Origin: an uncultured Acidobacteriota bacterium
Lineage (GTDB): Bacteria; Acidobacteriota; Thermoanaerobaculia; Multivoradales; UBA5704
Direction of reading: 5' to 3'
Assembly (NCBI GenBank): GCA_963770895.1
Contig: CAVYRF010000002.1
Span: forward strand, 5,056,001-5,120,000
Length of the DNA: 64,000 nucleotides
A program made the position numbers and the translations under genes. Position 1 is the first letter of the stretch. The number at the start of each line of letters is the position of its first letter. Positions 50,039-59,336 of the stretch are shown one piece after another. The notes under the pieces are model-generated. The model had not been told where the DNA came from and did not search any database. It saw only the letters and a program-made list of their open reading frames with translations.

Positions 50039-50120
50039 GCGGCGCGGCCTGATACAGGTTGGTCCTGACGCTCGTCCTCGGCACGCTGGCGGCGATCCGT
50101 GTGATCTACTCTGCGCCGTG

Positions 50121-51533
50121 ATGCGAGCGCGGCGTTTTCTGGCGGTGGCGGGCGTTGCCTGGGTGGGCTTTTTGAGCGGCACCGGCGTCTGCGTTGCCGC
50201 CGATGGCCCGGTGCAGGCCGCCCAGCAGGCCGATCCGCCGGTGCCGGCGGCCGGCGACAAGCCTGGTTCCCAGGAGCTGCCCGACTGGGTGCCGCGCCTG
50301 CTCGGCGCGCAGTTCACCTATATCGGCCAGCGGCTGCTGGCGTTTCCCGCCGCGTACTCGGGGCCGAACAGCCTGAAGAGCACCGGCGACCAGCAGGCGA
50401 CCGACACCTATGGGTTGTACTTCGGCTCGCGGCTGACGCGGCGGCTGCAGGCCTATTTCGACGCCGAGATGGCGCGCGGCCACGCGATCAGCAAGGCCAC
50501 CGGGCTGGCCGGCCTGACCAACGGCGACGTGATCCGCCAGGGGACGGTGAACCTGGGGATGGGGCCGTACATCGCGCGCGCCTATTTGCGCTACCTGGTG
50601 CCGCTCGGCGGCGACACCGCGCCGGTCGAGCGCGGCATGGATCACTTCGCGGGCCTGGAGCCGACGACGCGCCTGGAGTGGAAGGCCGGCAAGTTCGCCC
50701 TGACCGACGACTTCGACCAGAACCGCTACGCCAACACGACCCGCAGCCAGTTCATGAACTGGAGCCTGTTCAACGACACCGCCTGGGACTACGCCGCCGA
50801 CACCCGCGGCTACACGTTCGGCGTGCTGGCAGCCTGGGTGCATCCGACCTGGACGCTGCGCGCCGCGTCGGCGCAGATGCCGACGATGGCCAACGGCAAC
50901 GTGTTCGACCCCAAAGTCGGCGAGGCGCGCGGCGACAACCTGGAGCTGCAGCTGGGCCCCTGGCGGGAGGCGACGATCGTGCGCCTGCTGGCGTACGAGA
51001 ACCACGGCCGCATGGGGATCTACCGCGACGCGATCGACCAGGCGCTGGCGGCGGGCGGCGTTCCCGACATCGTCGCCGACGACAGGGAGGGGCGCCGCAA
51101 ATATGGGTTCGGCGTCAACGTGGAGCAGCCGCTTGCCGACAAGGGCGAAACCGGCGTCTTTCTGCGCCTGGGTTGGAACGATGGCCACACCGAGGACTTC
51201 GTGTTCACCGAGGCCGACCGCATGGCGAGCGGCGGCGTGCAGGTCGCCGGCAACACCTGGGGGCGCGCCGAGGACCGCGTGGGTCTGGGCCTGACGCTGC
51301 ACGGCCTGTCGCCCGATCACCGCGACTACCTGGCCGCGGGCGGCCTGGGATTCCTGCTCGGCGACGGCGCCCTGCACTACGGCCTGGAGGAGATCCTGGA
51401 GCTGTACTACCGCTTCCAGCTGGGCAAGTACTGGCAGGTGAGCCCCGACGCGCAGTACATCCGCGATCCGGGCTACAACCAGGACCGCGGCCCCGCGACC
51501 GTCCTCAGCCTGCGGGCCAACTTCCACTGGTAG
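50121..51533 (+). CDS. OprB-like carbohydrate/metal porin
   Basis: Signal peptide; FDQNRYAN...FMNWS...WDYAADTRGY; PGYNQDRGP; terminal aromatic residue. Confidence 0.85.
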   Translation: MRARRFLAVAGVAWVGFLSGTGVCVAADGPVQAAQQADPPVPAAGDKPGSQELPDWVPRLLGAQFTYIGQRLLAFPAAYSGPNSLKSTGDQQATDTYGLYFGSRLTRRLQAYFDAEMARGHAISKATGLAGLTNGDVIRQGTVNLGMGPYIARAYLRYLVPLGGDTAPVERGMDHFAGLEPTTRLEWKAGKFALTDDFDQNRYANTTRSQFMNWSLFNDTAWDYAADTRGYTFGVLAAWVHPTWTLRAASAQMPTMANGNVFDPKVGEARGDNLELQLGPWREATIVRLLAYENHGRMGIYRDAIDQALAAGGVPDIVADDREGRRKYGFGVNVEQPLADKGETGVFLRLGWNDGHTEDFVFTEADRMASGGVQVAGNTWGRAEDRVGLGLTLHGLSPDHRDYLAAGGLGFLLGDGALHYGLEEILELYYRFQLGKYWQVSPDAQYIRDPGYNQDRGPATVLSLRANFHW

Positions 51534-51590
51534 GCCGTCGCCGCCCGGCCGCCAGGTTCAAGGATTCTTGAGACGCTTTTTCCAAGGTCA

Positions 51591-51652
51591 TTGACACAGC
51601 TTACACAAATATTTGCATTTTTATTGACAATAACTTTAGCGCAGCTTACTCT
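51591..51652 (+). promoter_or_regulatory. AT-rich promoter with two TTGACA boxes
   Basis: TTGACA at 51591 and 51624; the second is followed by 17 bp and TACTCT. Confidence 0.7.
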
Positions 51653-51756
51653 TCACGTTCGGGCGTGCCGGGGTGCGAGGGCCGGGGGATGCGGCGCATG
51701 GGGTGCCGTGACGCGGGCCTTCACGCCGCGGCGCGACCGTTCATAGGAGAGCTGCA

Positions 51757-52470
51757 ATGAAAAATCTCATGGGGGCATTTGCAATCCTGGCGATGGTGCT
51801 GGGTGGCGCGTCGGCAGCGCAGGCCACGACGTGCAACATCGATCTGCGCAACACGGGTACCCAGACGGCCTATGACCTGGCGCTGATCCTGCCGGGGACC
51901 AGGACCGTCAACCAGTGGTACAACGGCGGCTGCAACAACGACATTTTCAGCACCGCCACGTACACGCAGACCGGAGGCAACACGATTCTGCATTGGACCA
52001 ATCCGCAGACGCCGATCGTGCCCGACCCGACCGGCACGTTGCCGCAGGTCCACGTCGGCTGGACCACCACCGACAACTACTGCCCGCCGACGATCGTCGG
52101 CTACTGGACCGATCAAAATGGCAATCAGATCTCCGGCAGCTTCGTCGCCACCGTGGTCGATCACCTGACCGGCACCGCCGTCTCCATTCCGAACGGCCTG
52201 AGCGTTCCCATCACCATCTCGAACGTGCGCTACGGCGTCTTTTCGGCGCCGGTGTCGCTGCCGGAGCTGAACGCCTGCAACCAGACGGTGGTCGGCAACC
52301 TGAAGACCATCTATAGCGGCTCGATCGTGCTCAATCCGGGCGCCGCCCTGACCCTCCCCGTCCCGACCTGCTATGAGTGCCCCGTCGTGGTCAACTACAA
52401 CAGCTCGGCCAGCGCCTCCGACGCGGTAACCGGCAACTGGATCGGCGACACGACGCCCGCGGCGCCGTAG
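51757..52470 (+). CDS. Secreted beta-rich hypothetical protein
   Basis: AGGAG RBS; AQA signal-peptide site; T/N/V-rich with several Cys. Confidence 0.8.
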   Translation: MKNLMGAFAILAMVLGGASAAQATTCNIDLRNTGTQTAYDLALILPGTRTVNQWYNGGCNNDIFSTATYTQTGGNTILHWTNPQTPIVPDPTGTLPQVHVGWTTTDNYCPPTIVGYWTDQNGNQISGSFVATVVDHLTGTAVSIPNGLSVPITISNVRYGVFSAPVSLPELNACNQTVVGNLKTIYSGSIVLNPGAALTLPVPTCYECPVVVNYNSSASASDAVTGNWIGDTTPAAP

Positions 52471-52509
52471 TTGATTCCGCATCGCCACTCCTGCCTGACA
52501 CGTTGACCG

Positions 52510-52548
52510 CGAAGGGGTGACGCGCCGCATCGGCGCGTCACCCCTTCG
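52510..52548 (+). terminator. 18-bp perfect hairpin after the 51757 gene
   Basis: CGAAGGGGTGACGCGCCG-CAT-CGGCGCGTCACCCCTTCG; only a weak U-tract. Confidence 0.65.
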
Positions 52549-52694
52549 TTCGGGTCGTCCATGCCCCCCGGCTCCAGCGGTTCGGCGCGTTGCTGGACCA
52601 GCGAACGCCTTGTTGCGGTAGCATATCGGCCGCTGGTTGCAGCCTGGTTCAGGGGCCTGGTTCAGGAACGTTCGCGTCGCTCAGGAGAGTCTGC

Positions 52695-54326
52695 ATGAAA
52701 AAAGGCGCTGGTTGGTCGTCGGCTCTGTTCACCCTGGTTCTCTTCATCGGTTCGTGGGGGTGCCGCAGCGGCATCGCCGCGCAGCTCCAGCTGGGCGACT
52801 CCGGCGCTTCGGGTCCCCTGTCCGCGGTCGCCTCGGCGCAGCCGGCGGTCAGCAGCCCGGGCGTCATCACCTGCTCGCAATTCGCCTCCTCGCTCCGCCG
52901 CGGCACGTATCCGTTTCGCAGCCTGATGCAGCAGTTCTCGGCGACCTATACCGGCGCCAACTCGTTGGGCATCCGCTACCTGGCGGTGCAGCCCGGCCCG
53001 GCAGCCACGGCGTATCCGACCGTGGTGTTTTTCAACGGCACGTCGCAGATCGCCCCGGACTGGCCGGCGCAGATGCTGGTGTCGACCGGCAGCGCGCTGT
53101 GCAACCACGCGGCGCTGGTGTTTTTTGACTATCCGGGCGTCGGCGGCACCACCTATCCCGGCGACACGGCGTTCACCTTCGACAACGTCTCCGCGACCGT
53201 CTACGACCTGCTTGCCTCGCTCAAATCCAGCCACGCTCTGAACGTCACCGTCGTGGACCCGGCCGGCTGGTCGCTGGGCACGGCCGCGGCGATCAAGTTC
53301 GGCGTGCTGGCAGCCCACAACGACAGCTTCAAGGCCAGCGGCATGTCGATCGGCTCGTTTTTCCTGGTTGCGGTAAAACCCGGCGGCGATCTGCATTCGT
53401 CCAGCACCGTCGCGCCGCAGAGCTGCGGCGCGATCAAGTCGGCGGCGGCGGACGACGACGCCACCGCCACCGCCGCCGCCACGTCGCCGGCGGCGCCGGA
53501 TGCGCGGGCCGGCGCCACCACCTACTACCCGGCGACGGGTGCCCAGGCGATGTGCGCCACGTCGGTCTTGAGCCAGCTGCTGGTCAAGTCGACCTACGAC
53601 GCCGCGCTGGACATCAAGAACGAGTTCGCCAGGCTGACGTTCCCCTATGTGGACGTGGTGCCGTCGGGCAAGCCGCAGACGCCCTACGGCGCGGGCGATC
53701 CCCCCACGGTCTGCGCCACGTCGCTCTCCGGCCTGGACGTGGAGGCGCTCTGCAACCTGCAGACCGCCAAGCCTATCGAGACGCAGTGCGTCGCCAGCGC
53801 GACTTCGGTGTGCGGCAGCACGCTCGCGCTGCTCGACGCAAACCGCGCGCAGAGCCCCTATGTGGGCGGCATCTCCTACGACGACTACCTCGGCGAACGG
53901 GAGATGATCTTCACCTTCGATTACGCCTCGTGCTCGTCGGCTTCGGCGACGTCCTGGCAGTCGATCGGTTGCCAATTCAATCCCAACCAGACGGGCAACC
54001 AGCTGTACGACCCCGAGCTGATCGTCGACGGCTCTCCCTGCCAGACGGTGCTGACGACGTCCGCCAACGCCTCGCCGGCAATCCAGGGCTGCCCCGGCCT
54101 GACCGGCTCGGTCAAGGGCGCCAAGTTCTACGTCTGGAACGGCGAGGAAGACCTGCTGATCCGGCCCGATTACGGGCAGGTGCTGTGCACCTGGCTCAGC
54201 AACCACGATTTTCCCTGCACCTACCGCACGTTCCCCAATGCCGGCCACGGCGTCCTCTTCACCTGGGCGACGACCATGTACCCGCAGCTGGCCGCGGCGA
54301 TCGCGGCAAGCGTCAGCGCCAGGTAG
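52695..54326 (+). CDS. Secreted alpha/beta hydrolase with a large Cys-rich insertion
   Basis: FDYPGVG, GWSLG, EEDLL and AGHG (Ser-Asp-His); possible lipobox SWGC. Confidence 0.78.
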   Translation: MKKGAGWSSALFTLVLFIGSWGCRSGIAAQLQLGDSGASGPLSAVASAQPAVSSPGVITCSQFASSLRRGTYPFRSLMQQFSATYTGANSLGIRYLAVQPGPAATAYPTVVFFNGTSQIAPDWPAQMLVSTGSALCNHAALVFFDYPGVGGTTYPGDTAFTFDNVSATVYDLLASLKSSHALNVTVVDPAGWSLGTAAAIKFGVLAAHNDSFKASGMSIGSFFLVAVKPGGDLHSSSTVAPQSCGAIKSAAADDDATATAAATSPAAPDARAGATTYYPATGAQAMCATSVLSQLLVKSTYDAALDIKNEFARLTFPYVDVVPSGKPQTPYGAGDPPTVCATSLSGLDVEALCNLQTAKPIETQCVASATSVCGSTLALLDANRAQSPYVGGISYDDYLGEREMIFTFDYASCSSASATSWQSIGCQFNPNQTGNQLYDPELIVDGSPCQTVLTTSANASPAIQGCPGLTGSVKGAKFYVWNGEEDLLIRPDYGQVLCTWLSNHDFPCTYRTFPNAGHGVLFTWATTMYPQLAAAIAASVSAR

Positions 54327-54517
54327 CGTCGAGCGCGGGCCGCCGCCGCGCGACGTCGCGTTTGCCGCAGCCGCGGCATCGTTGCACCGCGGGCCGCCGC
54401 CGGGCCGGCCGGCGGCGGTCGCGCGCGGTGGAACCGGCGCGGGGGGCCAGCCGTGTCGCCGGTGGGCGACGGTTTGCATAGGTCATGCGTAGGAGGGCGT
54501 AAGAGGAGGTGCACCCC

Positions 54518-55156
54518 ATGCGAGAGAATGGTTTTTCCACTGCCTTGCGACGGCTTTGCCGATGCGGACGTTCGATCGCGCTCAACCTGGCGGCAGCCGC
54601 GGCATTGGCCGCCGCGATGCTGCCTTTGGCGCTTCCCGCCGCGGCTGCCGAGCCGCCGCCGCAGAAGGCCCTGCTGCGGATCCACCTCACCAGCTACGCG
54701 AACATCCAGGTCTTCAACGAGGTGGACTGGGACGTGCTCATCTCGACGACCGGTCAGGTGCAGGGATACACCACCTGTGGGTGCGAGGAATGCGAAGGTC
54801 TCTGGATCACCGTCGCCAAGACGGCCCAGCTGTCGCCCTCCCAGCTGAGCACGCTCCAGGCAGCCTTGGCAAACAACGCCATTGGCGTGCAACCCAGCTG
54901 CAGCTACCTTGACGGGCTGCTTCCTGGTGACAGCGGCACGTATCAGCTGCAATGGTACGGGCACACCACGCGCGAGAACATCATCACGATGTCCCTCGGC
55001 CTCGCCGTCACCCCTCCCGCCTGCAGCGCACAGGAGCTCGACCTGTTCAAGACCATCGACGATCTGGTGATCAACGTCCTGGGCTTCCCACCGACTCTCG
55101 CGCCCGAGACGGTGACCTCAGGGGGCAACGCCTGCGGCGCGATTCAGGGAAACTGA
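54518..55156 (+). CDS. Secreted hypothetical protein
   Basis: GAGGAGG RBS; signal peptide; CGCEEC. Confidence 0.7.
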   Translation: MRENGFSTALRRLCRCGRSIALNLAAAAALAAAMLPLALPAAAAEPPPQKALLRIHLTSYANIQVFNEVDWDVLISTTGQVQGYTTCGCEECEGLWITVAKTAQLSPSQLSTLQAALANNAIGVQPSCSYLDGLLPGDSGTYQLQWYGHTTRENIITMSLGLAVTPPACSAQELDLFKTIDDLVINVLGFPPTLAPETVTSGGNACGAIQGN

Positions 55157-55300
55157 GCCGCGCCGTGCCAGGAGCGGCGCAGGGGCATCGGCAGATTGGA
55201 GGCGTGCCCGTACACCTGCTCCGGTGGCCGCGAGGACACCGGGCGCCTCCTGGTGGCGGCGGCTTGCGCCGGGCGGTCGGCGGACACTAAGCTGCGCGGG

Positions 55301-56110
55301 ATGTTGGCGAGGGTTTTGAGGGAGCTGGCGATCGAGCGGGGGCGGTGCGGCGCGATGGCTGCTTTGGCGCTGGTGTTGCTGGCGGCGGCGGGCGCGGGTG
55401 GGTGCGCGGCGCGCTGGCAGCCGGCGCCGGTGCCGATGCGGACGCTGGCGCTGCCGACGGGGCTGGCGTCTTCGCGTTGCCTGGTGGTCCTGCTGCCGGG
55501 GCTGAGCGGCAGCCCCGAGAACTTTGCCTATGCCAACTTTGCGGCGGTGGCGGCCGCCGGCGGGTTGTCGGCGGATCTGCTGGCCGCCGATGCCAGGCTG
55601 GCCTACTACTATCACCGGCACGACATCGTGGAGCGGCTCCACGACGATGTGATCGCACCGGCGCGCGCCCGCGGTTATCAGCAGATCTGGCTGGTCGGGG
55701 TCTCGATGGGGGCCAGCAGCTCGCTGCTGTACATCGACGAGCATCCGGGAGAGATCGCCGGCCTGTTCATGATCGCTCCCTACCTGGGCGAGCGGCAGAT
55801 CCTGGACGAAGTGGCCGCGGCCGGCGGTGTGGCGCGCTATGCACCGCCGGTGCCTCTCCAGCAGGCCGACTTTCAGCATCGCCTGTGGCGGGCCCTGGAG
55901 CGGTCGCTGCCGGGCGGCGACCGCCCCATCCCGCTGTACGTCGGCTACGGCGACAGCGATCGCTTCGTGCGCTCCGATCGCATGGTGGCCGACGCGCTGC
56001 CGGCCGGCCACGTGTTCACCACGCCGGGCGGCCACGGCTGGGTCACCTGGAAGCGCATCTGGCGCAAGTTCGTCGCGAGCGGCGCCCTGCCGCGCACCGG
56101 TCGCGCCTGA
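55301..56110 (+). CDS. Alpha/beta hydrolase lipoprotein
   Basis: Lipobox-like AGGC; GVSMG, D.D.F and GGHGW. Confidence 0.85.
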   Translation: MLARVLRELAIERGRCGAMAALALVLLAAAGAGGCAARWQPAPVPMRTLALPTGLASSRCLVVLLPGLSGSPENFAYANFAAVAAAGGLSADLLAADARLAYYYHRHDIVERLHDDVIAPARARGYQQIWLVGVSMGASSSLLYIDEHPGEIAGLFMIAPYLGERQILDEVAAAGGVARYAPPVPLQQADFQHRLWRALERSLPGGDRPIPLYVGYGDSDRFVRSDRMVADALPAGHVFTTPGGHGWVTWKRIWRKFVASGALPRTGRA

Positions 56111-56125
56111 TTCATTCCCCTGCGA

Positions 56126-58940
56126 CTAATCACAGGGTAGCGCGGCGGTGTCTTGCACCGGCTTCGCCGCGGTCTGGTCGGGGTTGGTGTAGGTCTTCAC
56201 CTGGTTGGTCTGGGTGTCGGTGACGGTGACGGTGAAGCCGACGTTGGTGCCGGCGGCGTAGAAAATCCAGTAGCGGTTGTTGACCGCGCAGGCGTCGAGC
56301 ACCTTGACCAGCATCTCGGGGTTGTCGGCGGCGAAGAACCACAGCAGGCCGCCCTGCGCGACGCCCAGGCTCTGCAGGCCGATCGCCTGTCCGGACCCCT
56401 CGCTGCCGCCGCCCTGGGCGGTGTGGTAGTGGGCCTTGACGGCAAAGCGTCCGTTGATGCAGAGCGAGGTGGACGTCGCCGTGCAACCCGCCTCCTGGAC
56501 CGGCGGCGGTGCCGCCGCGCCTGCCGCCGACGCCGCCAGCGCCGCCGGCAGGCGTGCGGGTGGGGCCGGCGCGGCTGGCGGGGCGGCCGGCGCGACGTCG
56601 CCGTCGAAGCAGCCGAAGGCGGCGGTGTCCTGCACGGGCAGCGCCGCCGTGCCGTCTGGATTGGAGTAGATCTTGCTGCGGCCGGTGTGGGAATCGATGA
56701 CCTGCACGGTGAAACCGACGTTGGTGGTGGCGGAGGAGAAGACCCAGAACTGCTGGTTGACGGCGCAGCCGTTGAGCACCTTGAGCAGCATTTCCGGGTT
56801 GGTGGCGTCGAAAAACCAGAACAGGCCGCCGTGGGACACACCCACGCTGGCGAGCGAGATCGCCTGGCCGTCGCCGGCATGACCGCCGCCTTCGCTGGTG
56901 CTGAAGATGGACTTCACCTGCCAGCGCCCGTCGCCCGGCTGATCGTCCAGGCAGAGGGTGGTGGCGCCGGGCGTGCAGCGGCTGTTGAAGATGTACAGCG
57001 CTCCCTGTTGAGACCTTCCCGCGACGGTGGCGAAGATGGCACCCGCGACGACGGTCGAGCCGTCGCCGCTCAGCGCTATCTGGCCCATTTCGTCGCCCGA
57101 CTGGCCGTCCGCCGCGGTCAGCTTCGCCGCCTGGGTCTGGTCGGTCCAGGCCGGTCCGGAGCGCTCGAAGACGTAGGCGGCGCCCTGGCTGGTGTGGCCC
57201 GCGACGGTGGCGAAGCGGGTGGCGCCCACGACCGTCGCGCTGTCGTCGCTGACTCCCAGGGATTCGCCGAAGAGGTCGTCCGCGGCGCCGTCGGATTGCG
57301 TCAGCTTGGCGGTCTGGGTGCCGTTGGACCAGGCGCTGCCGGGCCGCGTGAACACATACGCCGCGCCTTGCGAGCCGTTGCTGCCGACCTGGGCGCCGGC
57401 AGCTCCCGCCACGATGGTCGTGCCGTCGCCGCTCATCGCCAGGCCGAAGCCCAGCTGATCGTCGGCGGCGCCATCGGCGGCGGTCAGCTTGGCGGTCTGC
57501 GTCGCGTTCAGCCAGGCGCCGGCAGGTCTGGCAAACACGTAGACCGCCCCCTGCGAGATGTGGCCATCGATGCTTGCATCGGCGCTGGCCGCGATGGTGG
57601 CGCCGTCGGCGCTGATGGCGTTGGCGACGCCCAGCCCGTCTTCCGCCACGCCGTCGGCGGCGGTCAGCTTGGCGGTCTGGGTGCTGTTCGTCCACAGGGT
57701 GCCGGGGCGGCTGAAGACATAGGCGGCGCCCTGCTCCTGGTGGCCGTCGACGGTGGCTGCGAAGGTGGACGCCACGACGGTGGCGCCGTCGCCGCTGACC
57801 GAGACGGCCCGCAGGTTGTCCCCGGCGGCGCCGTCCGAGGCGACCAGCTTTGCCTGTTGCGTCTGGCTCGCCCAGGCCTGGCCCGACCGCGCGAACACGT
57901 ACACGGCGCCCTGCTCGGAGTTGCTGCCGACCTTGGCATAGAGGGCGGCGGCGACGATCGTCGAGCCGTCGGCGCTGATCGCGACGCCGTGCGGGAAATA
58001 GCCCAGCATGTCGTCCGCGGCGCCGTCGGCGGCGGTCAGCTTGGCGGTCTGGGTGGCATTCGCCCAGCCCGCGGCCGGCCGCGAGAAGACGTACACCGCG
58101 CCGGCGGACCCGTGCCCCAGGACGTTGGCGCCGGGCGAGCCCGCCACGACGGTCGCGCCGTCGTCGCTGATGGCGACGGAGGAGCCGAGGCTGTCCATGG
58201 CGGCTCCGTCCGAGGCCAGTAGCTTTGCCACCTGCACGAAGGGGTCGACGGTGAGCGGATAGGTCGCGCCATCGTCCTCTACGCGCAGGACCAGCTGCCG
58301 CCCCTGCAGATCGAAGCGGGCTGCGAGCTGGCGGCCGCGCGCGTCGTACGCCGCCAGGCCGCTGTAGCGGAGGACCTGGCCGCCGGATGCCGCGGCCAGC
58401 AGGATGCCGCGCCCATCTGCTGCCAGCGAGGCGCGCAGGTCGCCGGTCGAGGCCATCGACAGCAGCAGGTCGCCCCGGCCGGCGGGGCGGCGGCGGAGGG
58501 TCCAGCCCTGTTCGAGCCCTGAGGGGCCGTTGACGAACCACGCTTCGACGTCCCGGCCGGCGAAGGTGACGCGGTTGGCCGCGGGGGTGCGGGCCGCGGA
58601 CCGCATCGCGGTGCGCCCCGCGCCGGCGCGGCGCCCGACCGCCGCCGCCGACAGCGCCCAGCGGTGTCCGCCCGCCGACACCTGGACGCCGCCGTCCAGG
58701 ATCTGCGCCGTGGCGCCGCCGGCGATGGCAGCCTGGCAACCGCCGGCGTGCGGGATCAGGGCGTAGGCGGCATCGTCGCTGCCCAAGGTGGACGACATCA
58801 GCGCGTGCAGCGCCGGCGATGCGGGGAGCGCCGGCGCCCAGGGCACCGCACAGCATCCATGCGACGGCCGCTGCGCAGATGCGGAGCGGCGCGCCTGTGG
58901 CCGGGTGCGCGGCGGCTGCGGGCGTCGGCGGGTGGGGCAT
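56126..58940 (-). CDS. FG-GAP beta-propeller protein with duplicated C-terminal domain; apparent frameshift after the signal peptide
   Basis: About 7 repeats AKLTA.DGAA.D.LG...GAVYVF; RBS + ATG 58940 and leader lie in a different frame from the body. Confidence 0.8.
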
Positions 58941-58988
58941 GGCGATGTTCCTTTCTGGTGAACCTGGGCCAGCGTGGGGACCGGGCAG

Positions 58989-59157
58989 CCCTGGTGCCCC
59001 GCACGGTTCATTCGCATGGTATTCGCTTGCCCTCCGGCCCCCTGGCTGCGTTTCGCCTCCTCGACATAGGTTCAACTATGCCTGCGTCGGCGCGCCTTGC
59101 CAGAGGACCGGATTGCGGCGCGACTACCATGCGAATGAACCGTGCGGTGCCCCAGGG
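58989..59157 (-). ncRNA. Candidate structured RNA / long inverted repeat (rod-like hairpin)
   Basis: 38-bp arms with 3 mismatches; inner stems close with G-U pairs only on the minus strand. Confidence 0.5.
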
Positions 59158-59336
59158 GCATACGCATTTCTAATCTGAACATACATATTGCCAAGTTGCT
59201 ATGGCATCGGGATGCGGTCCCCCCGTAGCGCCCATGCCTTCGCCCCCGGGCGGCAAAGCGGCCCGGCGGCGCCATGCTAAGCTGGTCCACACGACCAAAG
59301 GAACTTGACTCCGCCTGTAGGCGAGTCGGCCCCACG

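Noticed and set aside
58989-59157. Assignment as 6S RNA, retron msr-msd or c-di-GMP riboswitch
   Set aside because: No large central bubble, no reverse transcriptase nearby and no recognisable riboswitch consensus; left unassigned
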